A stretch of DNA of 62,954 nucleotides, the filler included, from Octopus bimaculoides (taxonomy: Eukaryota), in assembly GCF_001194135.2 (NCBI RefSeq). It is 7 parts of 6 records of this genome, joined end to end, with 100 filler letters (N's around TTAATTAATTAA, not from the genome) between each part and the next. Parts side by side here need not be neighbours in the genome. Positions count along the whole stretch, not along the records: positions 14,165 to 27,668 come from NC_069001.1; positions 27,769 to 37,048 come from NC_068988.1; positions 37,149 to 50,972 come from NC_068998.1; 4 more parts are not named here. One strand, 5' to 3'. Under the pieces are notes generated by a model. The model was given only the letters and a program-made list of their open reading frames with translations, had not been told where the DNA came from and did not search any database. Both the position numbers and the translations under genes were made by a program. Below, piece after piece: positions 25,495 through 37,419 of the stretch; positions within the stretch are counted from its first letter, which is position 1, and each line of letters begins with the position of its first letter.

Positions 25495-25675
25495 GTGAAT
25501 CGTTAGCGATTTTCTTCCTCCGTCTTCTCTCTATTGGACTTTCCTCTGTTTCCAAAGAAGAGCATCTGCTCGAAACATTAAACCATCTATTTTCCCCTTC
25601 CTGAGCATCTGCTAATACATTACATGTACCACATCCTTGCATTGTTGTTTTTTTGTATTTGTTCTTTTGGGATTA
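25495..25675 (+). mobile_element. Short Penelope-like or retrozyme-like element with a degenerate minimal hammerhead motif
   Basis: Lies between (TA)n arrays. Contains gttt-CCAAAGA-a-GAGCatctGCTC-GAAA-cat-t-aaac at 25548-25583. Confidence 0.5.
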
Positions 25676-25809
25676 TATATATATATATATATATATATAC
25701 ACAACCACACATACACACAAACATATCTGTGTGTGTGTGTACAAAGACAAGTGGGTAAACAAATGAAAAAATACCTAACACAATTGGTTGCCTCCGAACA
25801 TGTCCTACA

Positions 25810-25915
25810 CCAGGCCTGGCCAACTTGAATTACATTGCGGGCCACAAGATAAATGTCTGCGAGCTGCGAGATAAATGTTTGTGGGCCATATGCAACCTAC
25901 AGGCCTCAGGTTGTA
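25810..25915. mobile_element. hAT-like MITE fragment
   Basis: caggcctggccaac terminus and gcgggccac/gggccatatgcaacc subterminal motifs typical of hAT non-autonomous elements. Confidence 0.35.
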
Positions 25916-27366
25916 AAGCAAAGTAAAGTGGAACATGGAGATTAAATAGTGACGATGTATGTATATACAAACACACTGGCATGAACAAGTGATTAAGAAT
26001 TTCACTTTGCAATTATACAATCTCCAGTTCAAGCCCCAGTGAACAGTATCTTGGGCTAACATTTTTTTCCCCTGGCCTCAGACAAACTGAACATTTGCTA
26101 GCATCAGTTACAAATAACTAAATCAATCCTTCACAACTTTATAACAAGGATTGTTCTTATATAAGAGAACAGCAAACAGGATATAAACAAACCAACACTG
26201 AAAGCAGTATAGAACAAAATACATGTTTGTACAATACAATCACATTTAACTTGCATGTGTACACTTGATATTTATTCACTTACAAATTACCTGGGCTTGC
26301 AGATGACATTGAAATATGATAGGAACATATCCAAGATTATCTCCCATGCTTGTACAAGAAGATTTATGACACTGCATATTTAATTCTAGTTGTCTCTGTA
26401 CTTGGTGAAATAACAGAAAAAAATTATGTTATATAATTATAACCTCTATTTTTTCTAAAACAAATTAAATTTTATAAAATAGAATCTATTGATTTCGTTT
26501 TATATTTTTTAAAGTTCTTAGCATTTAATATAGCTGACACCCACTGGTTAATTATCGTTAATTATGGTTAATCGTAGTTAATAATGCAGATGACATTTCA
26601 GAATTATTTAATTTCTAAACAATTTTATTTTCCTACACCATACATTTTTGTACATCAACTTTACAATTTGTTGACTACCAGCTCAGCATATAGCGGCAGC
26701 ATGGATACCTAACCTACTAGAATTAGCAGCCAGAACTCCCTCAGATCACACCCTATTGTCTTAACTAAAGAAAGGGCTCACTAGATTATGTTTTTCAGCA
26801 TACCCTTCCCATAAAAAGTCAAAACACTCAAAGCTTGTTGCTAGACCACACAAAACTAAAGCTCAAACGATGTTGCCACTTCGGGGAGGGGGAGGGGGGC
26901 AGAAACTGAAACTAAGCATATTTCTGTGTGAGAAACCAAGTTTGGCCTCATTTTAGAAAAAAACTTCCAGTCAGAAGATTTCCTGATTGCATTATGTGTT
27001 TTCATTTTATTTATTTTGTTCTTCTTGTGTTTCATTAAATAAATTTCACTAGATTTTCTCCTCCTCCTCCTCCTATTGTTGAGTTTAATGGCAAGTTAAT
27101 ACTTCAAGTGGTGAGTTAGACTTCAGGGATATTATTTATTCACGATTTTCTTATTATTTATTTATTAATGATTTAATTAAGAAATCAATGCTGAGGAATC
27201 AATATATTGTAAATGTATAGAAAAACACTTACATATAATCATTTTAACAGTGTTCAACCTATTTTGCCAGGTAGAAGTGACATGACAATAGGTAAAAATC
27301 AACAACAAAAAATAAAATCCAAATTCACAATATACACCAATGATTATAACATTATATCAATGTATT

Positions 27367-27500
27367 GGCGCAGGAGTGGCTGTGTGGTAAGTAGCTTGCT
27401 AACCAACCACATGGCACCTTGGGCAAGTGTCTTCTACTATAGCCTCAGGCTGACCAAAACCTTGAGAGTGGATTTGATAGACAGAAACTGAAAGAAGCCT
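27367..27500 (+). mobile_element. SINE family B head, internally deleted
   Basis: ggcgcaggagtggctgtgtggtaagtagc...ggcaccttgggcaagtgtcttctactatagcc. Confidence 0.9.
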
Positions 27501-27509
27501 ATCTGCTAA

Positions 27510-27660
27510 CCACTACACACATTTTTTCTCTCTGCTGGTTTCTCTCCTTGTGTTCCTTTCTGTGGAAGAGCATAGGCTCGAAATGTTAAAGACTTTTTCA
27601 ATTCCCAAGCTGTCTACACCACCTGTCTTCGTCTTTTGTCTTTTGTGAATTCTCCCCACA
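27510..27660 (+). mobile_element. Short Penelope-like or retrozyme-like element with a degenerate minimal hammerhead motif
   Basis: Ends at (TA)n. Contains cttt-CTGTGGA-a-GAGCatagGCTC-GAAA-tgt-t-aaag at 27556-27591. Confidence 0.5.
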
Positions 27661-28111
27661 TATATATANNNNNNNNNNNNNNNNNNNNNNNNNNNNNNNN
27701 NNNNNNNNNNNNTTAATTAATTAANNNNNNNNNNNNNNNNNNNNNNNNNNNNNNNNNNNNNNNNNNNNAACAAAAATACGAAAAGGATACGCATAGAAGA
27801 ATTACAAAAATGGGGGGAAAAAAAAAAAACTAGAAAAAAAAACAACTGTGTGCACTGTAATTTTGATATCTTCTTTGGTGGACACAGGCAAAAATACTGA
27901 AAGAAATAAGTTATCTTTATTTTCGTAAAGATTTCATGATAAAAGTCATAAACTGGAAAGTATATAAACGTATCTATGCGCGTATACATATCTATGTAGG
28001 TGTAGATCTGTGTCTTTGAAGTTGTAGATTTTAAAGTATATTATTGTAACTACTGAGTTTGTTGGATGCCTGAAGTAAGACCTAATAGAAGTTTTTATGT
28101 TTTTATAACAG

Positions 28112-28195
28112 TTCACATTAAATGTCTGGCTCCTCCTCGCTTCATATTTGGTCGAAGGTCCCACCACGATAACTAGTTCTCTTCCACAATATAAG
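28112..28195 (+). CDS. Possible isolated plus-strand exon (signal-peptide-like), unconfirmed
   Basis: gtttttatgtttttataacag|TTCACA...TATAAG|gtaagt; 84 nt, open only in phase 0: FTLNVWLLLASYLVEGPTTITSSLPQYK. No partner exons identified. Confidence 0.25.
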
Positions 28196-28333
28196 GTAAG
28201 TTATCTAACTTATATTTTATAAGTACTTCGATTGTAGAGGAAGAATATGATATGTCGAAGCCATATTTCACTACTTTACTTCTTAATGTTTGAATAAAGA
28301 TCTGTGACGCAGAACAAATATCATGTATATGTG

Positions 28334-28725
28334 GGTGCAGGAGTGGCTGTGTGGTAAGTAGCTTGCTACCAACCACATGGTTCCGGGTTCATTCCCACTG
28401 CGTGCCACCTTGGACAAGTGTCTTCTACTATAGCCTCGGATCGACAAAAGCCTTGTGAGTGGATTTGGTAGACGGAAACTGAAAGAAGCCCGTCGTATAT
28501 ATATGTATATGTGTGTGTGTGTATATGTTTGTGTATCTGTGTTTGTCCCCCCCCCCCAACATCACTTGACAACCGATGGTGGTGTGTTTCGGCAAAAGAG
28601 GCCGATAGAATAAGTACTAGGCTTACAAAGAATAAGTCCTGGGGTCGATTTGCTCGACTAAAGGCGGTGCTCCAGCATGGCCACAGTCAAATGACTGAAA
28701 CAAGTAAAAGAGTGAAAGAGAGTAA
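28334..28725 (+). mobile_element. SINE family B, near full length
   Basis: A box tggctgtgtgg, B box ggttcattccc, CORE-like ggcaccttggacaagtgtc, (TA/TG)n spacer, tail cagtcaaatgactgaaacaagtaaaaga. Confidence 0.94.
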
Positions 28726-28949
28726 AGAGAGTAGGTATGTATGTATGTATATGTATGTATGTATGTACGTACGTACATCTATACGTACGTACGTATATAT
28801 ATACATCTATATATATATAGAGAGAGAGATAGAGATACTTACATACAAACATGCATTTTATATACATACAAATGTACGTGTTTATATATGCGCACACACA
28901 TACACACGCATATAGGCACACACACATTTATATACAAATAGGTGATCAT

Positions 28950-29900
28950 GTTCGTAGCTAGAAATTTTCTTATGAATTGCAATGTATCTGCAAGTATTTA
29001 CCAATTCCATTGTTAAATATGCCAATGCGCTACCACAGCGAAACATATTTCTTTCCGAGACACTTATAAAGCTCTCTGCAACTATTAATATAGGATCGTC
29101 TGTATTATAATGAATAAATCGATGTTTGTATTTCTTCATGTTACTACCATTTAAACTCCAGTAATATTTGGCTAATGAAATACAATGGTAGTTTCTTAGT
29201 ATCTGGGGAATAAGTGTCTGCACGAATTCACAATTACCGTTTTACTATTATATATTCTGTACGATAAAACCAACGTAGTATTTTAAAGGGGTTTTTAACC
29301 AGTACTATCCTGATTTGTGGAAAATCTATTTTGATAGAGCAGATATTACTGTTGTTTCTATTCCATGGAGGAGAGAGATTTTGCAAATTCTTACAGGAAG
29401 GAATTCTTCTGTTTACTGGCTTAGGAGACACCGAATGTTTTGGAGATGTAGCGCATCATAATATCCCAAGTGTTTTAATTAAAGGTCGTGTGATATGCCT
29501 CCACTGCGTGTCTTTAGCGGTTTGTTTGAATTCAGAGTGGAATTGTTAACATTATGAATTTCCTTCTTTCTACTAGGATGCAGTCTTTGTCTCGCCGTCG
29601 AAATGTATCTTCGAGTCTTTTCTATAAGTATTTCCACTCATTCTTCTGATGAAATTTCTGGTCTAGCACCCTCTGTCAAGACCTTCAGACGTGTCATCAG
29701 TTTTTATTCCTAGGCATATCATTACTCTATTGAGCTTCTTAGGCATAAGTTCTTTTCTTCTAATAGTTCCTTTCCTCGAAGCGCTGCTTCCAGTAACTCA
29801 CTGTCAATGCCTTGTTTTACTCGAGGTTATGATATTTAAAACTTTAATCTTTCCGTCAGTTTATTTTTCTTTTTTGCTGTCGCTTACCCTCAGTGGTCTC
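28950..29900 (-). mobile_element. Decayed Dong/R4-like LINE, N-terminal region to start of RT
   Basis: Minus-strand fragments GTIRRKELMPKKL, SPPWNRNN...IKIDFPQI (PPWKRR-like) and TLIPQILRNYHCISL (RT domain 1-like); many stops. Confidence 0.4.
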
Positions 29901-30519
29901 GAGATGTGCTTAGGACAAAATCATTAAAAGCATATTCATGCGATGCCTAATGTTGTCTTTAAATTTGTAGATGGATTCGTAAAGCGAATTCACAGTATAT
30001 ACACGAGACAGGAACAGACAAAATAAATCTTCAGACTCTTTCACTCTATGTTTAATAGATTTTGTGTTGACAATATTATTCAGCAACCTAACAAATCAAA
30101 TAAAGAACGATCAAATAAAGATGAATTGCAGAAAAAAAATCATATTTAAACAAATACATTCTATTTCTTTATAGTATTTGTTAGCAAAGACTGCCCGTAT
30201 AAAATATATCTCATCTTATTACAATACTTCATCTATTTCTTTTGTCATATTTTCAGTTTTGTTTATTTCAACCCATCTTTTCTCTCTCTCTCTTTCTCTG
30301 CTGCAGTTTACATGACAGAAGAAGAAAAAAGACAAAATCAATAAATACTTGTCTCTATCTTTCCATTATTCCATTTCTACCGAGTTGTTTTCTTTAATGA
30401 TTAATTAATTTTTTTTTTTTATTATTCTTGATCAAAGACGAAACTGATTTTATAGGGAAGCGGAAAAATTGTATTTATCGGACTTGTATTGTATTACAGT
30501 ATTTGGGGTAAATAAAGAA

Positions 30520-30521
<2 letters not shown>

Positions 30522-30593
<72 letters not shown>

Positions 30594-30594
30594 A

Positions 30595-30646
<52 letters not shown>
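30522..30646. repeat. (ATT)n microsatellite, at the 3' tail of a Dong/R4 copy
   Basis: Direct reading. Confidence 0.97.
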
Positions 30647-31000
30647 GCTTTTACTTGAAAATACTGTATGTTACATTAGTTTAAAGGGTTTGGTGACAAA
30701 CAGTCTTGGCCACTCTGAAGAATAAATTATTCCTCTTTTCTGCAGGCTGGTAATGTGGCTCTCACTTCCAGTATCATTTCAGTCTCTTAGGTAGGAGTTT
30801 GGTTGTTGAGCCAAGTGTGCCAATTACCAGAGGAACAAATAACTTCTTTCTACATTCCTTTTGCTCCTCTGGCAATAGATTCTTCTTCTCCAGAAAGCTT
30901 TACACTTCATCTGCTATGAAGTCAGTTACTTATTTCCTGATGGTAGACCTGTTATACGTCCATAACTGAATTCTCTTCCCTTTTCTTCGACCTTCTGTAT
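30647..31000 (-). mobile_element. Dong/R4-like LINE remnant with RT fused to the C-terminus by deletion
   Basis: Minus strand YGRITGLPS...FIADEV*SFLEKKNLLPEEQKECRKK, then VPLVIGTLGSTTKLLPKRLK, then 3' UTR and (AAT)n. Confidence 0.75.
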
Positions 31001-31289
31001 TAGTCACTTCTTTTGTCACCTATATTCTATAGTCAGTAAGAAAAAAATGTATATAGTTGTGTATACTTGGAAGATATTTGAGTCAGAGTCCCGGAACATC
31101 ATCTTTCTAATTTGATATTTTCTTAAGTTTCACTTTCCCTTTCTCATCTATATTGTTTTTAGTTCTTATTGTTTTGCTTTGTTTTTCATGGAAAAAAAAA
31201 AGAAGCTGGTTGAAATCCAGAGCATTTCGTTCCTGGAGAAGAACGTTTGCTGCGGGTACTAAGAGGTAGAACAGAGGTACAGACAGATC

Positions 31290-31450
31290 ATTACATATGT
31301 TGGTCACCATGGATGTTAAAACTTGCAGTTACCTATACGAAAGGGTGTAGAGATAAGTTGCTGGGAGATTGAAGAGTTATAGCGAAGACACCATGAACTC
31401 TGGAACCAGTATGAAGTACGATGCTGAATCAAATTATCTGGCTCGTTTCT
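31290..31450 (+). mobile_element. Penelope-type RT relic
   Basis: MLVTMDVK at 31297-31320 (LVTMDVxSLY-like) and SGTSM...SNYLARF (GTAMG...YANLF-like). Confidence 0.35.
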
Positions 31451-31550
31451 CTATTTATTTAGCTACAAATACTTACGAATGCTTACACAAATGTATAGAT
31501 TCATATTTATTTATGTGTTGTTATGATCTGTATGTATCTGCACGCAGATG

Positions 31551-31592
<42 letters not shown>

Positions 31593-32283
31593 TGCGTGTG
31601 TTTGTGTGTGTGTGCATGTATCTATGTTTGTATTTATATATCATAAATACATACATATATATATACGCCCGAACTCAGATACACGCACACACCATATANN
31701 NNNNNNNNNNNNNNNNNNNNNNNNNNNNNNNNNNNNNNNNNNNNNNNNNNNNNNNNNNNNNNNNNNNNNNNNNNNNNNNNNNNNNNNNNNNNNNNNNNNN
31801 NNNNNNNNNNNNNNNNNNNNNNNNNNNNNNNNNNNNNNNNNNNNNNNNNNNNNNNNNNNNNNNNNNNNNNNNNNNNNNNNNNNNNNNNNNNNNNNNNNNN
31901 NNNNNNNNNNNNNNNNNNNNNNNNNNNNNNNNNNNNNNNNNNNNNNNNNNNNNNNNNNNNNNNNNNNNNNNNNNNNNNNNNNNNNNNNNNNNNNNNNNNN
32001 NNNNNNNNNNNNNNNNNNNNNNNNNNNNNNNNNNNNNNNNNNNNNNNNNNNNNNNNNNNNNNNNNNNNNNNNNNNNNNNNNNNNNNNNNNNNNNNNNNNN
32101 NNNNNNNNNNNNNNNNNNNNNNNNNNNNNNNNNNNNNNNNNNNNNNNNNNNNNNNNNNNNNNNNNNNNNNNNNNNNNNNNNNNNNNNNNNNNNNNNNNNN
32201 NNNNNNNNNNNNNNNNNNNNNNNNNNNNNNNNNNNNNNNNNNNNNNNNNNNNNNNNNNNNNNNNNNNNNNNNNNNNNNNNNNN

Positions 32284-32317
<34 letters not shown>

Positions 32318-34039
32318 ATGTATGTGCATGCATGTGTGAGTGTGCGTGTAAACACACTCATACAAATACACACGACTCTGATAATTTGAATATTCACCGG
32401 AATAAAAATGAATATTCAAAACTGTTATTCTTCTAACACAGAACAGATGTGACAGTAGAGCTTCATTTCTGTCTGTGAACAATATTACTAATTTTTAGAA
32501 TCATTACTGTAGACTAACAAGTGTACAAGTACAGACTAATTTGTGAATTCTACTTATCTCTAAATACTACAATAATATTGTCTGAGAACATTTAAAGTAT
32601 TTCTCCTTCAGTCAATACTGTTATATAAGTTTCTTACTAGATATTTTTCTTTATATAGAATACGTTCCGGCTGCAATTAGGGGCGAGTTTTCTGATATGA
32701 CAAGTGGCCAAACCACGATTATTAACACACTTAAAGAGAAGAAGACAGAGTAGTTTATTGTCGAAAATGTATGTAGGCTATTCTCAGAGCTCTATATCGC
32801 AGCCACTTCCTGTAAAACCATTTTGATGAGTAAATTGTGATAGAAAGAGATGCATCAGCAAGAAAGCCGAAAAGAAAACTTTAGCTCCGAGAAAACCATG
32901 AGAAATGTGTAAGGAAAATAATTTACAGAAGCAGGATCTTGTACACGAAAAACTGCTACGTACAGACGATGTCAAGAGACGGAATGTAGCAGCCAAACAC
33001 CTGGCATCAGTTCTATTCGCAGTGAAAGACAGCGAAGTAGATGTAAGGGTCAGATGTTGGGTAGTGACCTTAGGTCTTGTTTCCTAATCAGAACAAGTTT
33101 AATATGCCACAGGGAAACTAAGATACTGTGCTTACAGAGGACTGGAGATAGAGAGTGAGAGATAGAGAGATAGGGGAAGTGAGAGAGATATTGAGAGAGA
33201 AAGAGAGAGAGAGAGAACCTACCATTCTGGAGGCCAGTAAATACCCAACGGGCCACTGCGTTTCCACAGAGTCATTATGAACTTAGAGATCCACCCAAAG
33301 GTTTTGGGGTAGTCTATACTTTCCTCATTCGTTAGGATAATTTGGTGATGCAGAATCTGCTTTGCAAGATATTACAGATGTATACAGCATCAACAGAACT
33401 AAACCCTAGTTTTCTTATACAATCAAGATGCTTCCTTGGCGAGACAGTTAACCTGAATTAATCCCTAAAAAAGATCTACTGGGTATAGTTCAAATGAATC
33501 CAGCTTGCTTTCTAGTAATCAGATTTAACTGAAGGGGCTGATACAGGAGACCCCAAGACATTCATCACGAAATAACTAGTGTCGTAAGTTTATCTCTTCT
33601 CAGCCATTATGTATTCAACCAGGTATTTGAAGCTAAATGATATCCAAAGAAATGCTAATCAAAACTCCTTATTACGGAAAGATAATTTAACAATTTACTA
33701 ATCTTTTATCACCTTGCTCTGCTGTAATCAAATGTGAACGGTGAGATAAGAGATATTATAAACTAATGTACCAACATCGTACCCTCTATCCATCGTTTTG
33801 TTTCTCAGATAACCACGGACTTTCCTGCAACATAACTTCCTCGTTACCTTCAATTAATTCTACTGTTACTTCAGTTTAACTTGACTATTACTTCAGTTTA
33901 ATTACATTATGACTTAAACCTAACTCTTCTTTTTCCTTCATTTTAAACTCCATTGCAATCCAAATCCAAATCCAATTTCATCGTTAACAAATTCTAACTT
34001 CGCTGTCACTTCAAAATAACTTCAGAACAACTCGGCACA

Positions 34040-34255
34040 ATGTTTCTCATAATGCCTTAGATATCTCCAGAGCAATTACCAAAATGTAGTATAAATGATT
34101 CCCTATGCAGAGTATTTTCCAGGATCCAAACATACTGAAAAGGAAGAAGTCGGAAGTTATTGAAATGGTCAGCCCTCTGAAATATACGGAACTATGTGTT
34201 TGAACCTACGCTCTTCCTCATTGTATATCAATCATTTACCTGACGAACTAATATG
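34040..34255 (+). mobile_element. CR1/Jockey-group LINE RT relic
   Basis: ALDISRAITK (ALDISKAFDK-like) and PTLFLI.YINHLPD (PTLFLIYINDLP-like). Confidence 0.55.
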
Positions 34256-34609
34256 GTATTTTATTGATATATTTCTAAACAAGAAACTTTACAATCTCAC
34301 CTATAAGACATTACTACTTTTGGACCTAAGAGCAGATCTTTAAAGTGATTGAACTGAATAGTGAAGCGGGGAAAATATTCTTCTTTTATTTAAAATTTTC
34401 AAGACCAGCCAATTATAATTCCTCCATCATTTTAAAATTCATGGCAACCTCGCCCTATATTGAGGGAGTGGATTATTTTGAGGGAACGTCTCTCTTTAGG
34501 TCTTACTTCTTTCTTGGTCGACACTTAAGTCATAAATTCATGCTTGGTATGTTACTATGGTGATGGATAGAATGGTGACCTCGTACAACCATCGAAACGA
34601 ATTTCTGTC

Positions 34610-34750
34610 ATTTGAAGCTCTATTGTACGGGGCTTAGAATAGCTGAACGACTGTTGCGGAAGTGTGTGAATCTGAGAGCGGAATAATTAATTGGTCCTCC
34701 TCTATTTTCTCTTTCCCAAAGCCAGAAATTTTTCAGCACCTACTAGTATA
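34610..34750 (-). mobile_element. Truncated copy of the mariner-derived MITE at 41422-41648
   Basis: gtgtgtgaatctgagag...cccaaagccagaaatttttcagcacc is the reverse complement of the 41430-41570 region. Confidence 0.7.
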
Positions 34751-35033
34751 TAAAATGTCTCAAAGTAATTCAAACCATATGACAAGCTTCAAACTACTTC
34801 TCATCTTAACAACTTTATATAAAGAGAAACACACAGACAGACAGACAGACAGACAAACAAAGAGACAAGCAGACAAACAGACACTGACACACACTCATAT
34901 ACATAGAGATATACACCTACATGCTTATATATATATACATATATACATTACATACATACTCATTTGCATGGACACTTACATACAAACACTCACACATACC
35001 CACACACCCACCACGCACACAAACACACAAACG

Positions 35034-35078
<45 letters not shown>

Positions 35079-35244
35079 GTATATATATATCACTAGAAGC
35101 TAAAGAAATTAATGAGAAAAAGGAAGAAACGTAATTCTGGTAGAAAACTTTAATGTCAACATTATCATTTACTTGCGTATCACGAATATGTGGTCCTGAG
35201 TAGAGAAGTGAAGAATATATGATATGGAAGTAGGAACAGGCGTT

Positions 35245-35293
<49 letters not shown>

Positions 35294-36061
35294 CAGCAGT
35301 AGTATTTGTTGTTGTTTTGCCTCTTCAAATCAGCCATCGTTGTGTAAGCTTACGAACAAAATCTTTTCTAGCCATACCCAGCTTTTGTTGTCTAGGAAAC
35401 TGCGTATTGAATATAGCGTGTCTCTCACTTTTCCATATCGTAGGATGAAATTTGAAGAGAATATTGTTGTTATTTCTAGTAGATAGACCCAACCGTATAG
35501 TAGCTCCATCGTGGGAGAGATATGACAGCAGTAGTTGCGGCCTGGGTAATGATATGAGTTGGCAAAATAAACGTGTTCATTGTGAAGAGTTGTAGGACGC
35601 GGAACACATTTAGTATTTGGCGGTGGAGTGTAGTATATAACTATGTCTAATACTGGTAAAACTGTGCAGCGATGTATTAGTGGATCGTCAGTACAAAACC
35701 GTCTGCCAGTATATATTACAGGATAGAGACAATATCTATATATTAAACGAAGGCTTGCACGTTGCCTGGCAACTATTTTATTACAAAAAATTATCTCAGT
35801 ATACAGTCAGATTTGCATTGTTTATGTGTATTTGAATCTGGGCGTGTGTCTGTGTATCTACGTGCCTGCGTATAACCGTCGGTCTGTGTGTGAGTCAATG
35901 AATAGTTTTTCTTCTCACTTCTTCGTAGGTGTACGTGATGAAGATTTTTATGTAGGTCTATATTCATTCCTATATACGTATGTGTGTGTGCGTGACTAAT
36001 ACGTAGGCCCATATATTTAAATGTGTGAAAGCATGTGTTTGTGTGCGCCTCTCTGTCTGTG

Positions 36062-36149
<88 letters not shown>

Positions 36150-36563
36150 TGTGTATACGCGCGCGTGTTATATAGTTTCCCGGTCTGTGTTAATGTGTAT
36201 TACTTCTCTATGAGTTGTTGTTTATCATTAGCTTTGGATGTGATATTTGAGAATTTCATATTATATATTTCTCTGTGTGATATTTGTCTGCATGTCTCAA
36301 TATTTGAATATAGAGGTTTATATAAATGCGATTCTGTGGACATATAATTGAATAACTCTATCTCACAATGTTTGACATAGAATCTATGTATTATTCAATC
36401 AAGGCCCTCACATGTTTTTCCATTTCTTATGAAATATGTTTGGCTATATACACAATTTGTTATCTGCTTATTTCTCTCTAAAAACATACTTACACACCCA
36501 ACCCCTCCTCGCAATAACCACAAATATCCTCTGTCACTCTGACACAAACGTAAAATGACTAGC

Positions 36564-36629
36564 GGCGAAATTTCGAATGACCGCCGACGAAATTTCGAAT
36601 GAACGCCGACGAAATTTCGAATGACCGCG
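36564..36629. repeat. Three tandem 22-bp units, each containing the palindrome CGAAATTTCG
   Basis: ggcgaaatttcgaatgaccgcc / gacgaaatttcgaatgaacgcc / gacgaaatttcgaatgaccgcg. Confidence 0.95.
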
Positions 36630-36757
36630 CGTATGTGTATAAATTGTCTGAAGATTCTGTACATTAAGAGGTGAAACTCAGAGTAGCAAGAGATTGAGCA
36701 TTCAAAATAAAATATATTACTAGTCTCTACTATGATATTTTGTCTTTAGCTCTCAAC

Positions 36758-36795
<38 letters not shown>

Positions 36796-37373
36796 ACACA
36801 CACATACACGTGATGTTAATACACACACACGCGTAATGATGAAAAATACTACGAAGAGGTTGAAAAAGCGTCAATTCTTTTTATGTACACGTATATTTTT
36901 TTGTGTAATTTTAGCATAATTTTAACATTTTAGCATAAGCCTAAAATAATTCTGTTCTATGTCTTCATAAGTATGGAAATAAAAACGCAAAATTTTATCT
37001 TTGCAGAATCTTTTCGTATTACAGTTTAATTGCATTTACAAATATATANNNNNNNNNNNNNNNNNNNNNNNNNNNNNNNNNNNNNNNNNNNNTTAATTAA
37101 TTAANNNNNNNNNNNNNNNNNNNNNNNNNNNNNNNNNNNNNNNNNNNNTATATATATAAATGTATGTATGTAAGTATGTATGTATTATGTATATGAGTCT
37201 GTATGAAGGCATGTGTACATTTGTGAGTATTGTACGTATATGCGTGAGTGTGTGTGTGTGTACATATACATATGTGTATTTTTACATATACATACAAGGA
37301 CAAGTACATACACATGCGCACACATACGAACACATACCAACACCATGCAAGCACACACAAACATACTACATAT

Positions 37374-37419
<46 letters not shown>

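Noticed and set aside
26288-26402. Possible minus-strand exon QRQLELNMQCHKSSCTSMGDNLGYVPIIFQCHLQAQ
   Set aside because: No VWC cysteine spacing, weak acceptor, and a phase-0 end incompatible with the phase-1 VWC exons.
34566-34609. Stem I-like, stem II-like and GAAACG hammerhead layout
   Set aside because: The CUGANGA core is entirely missing.
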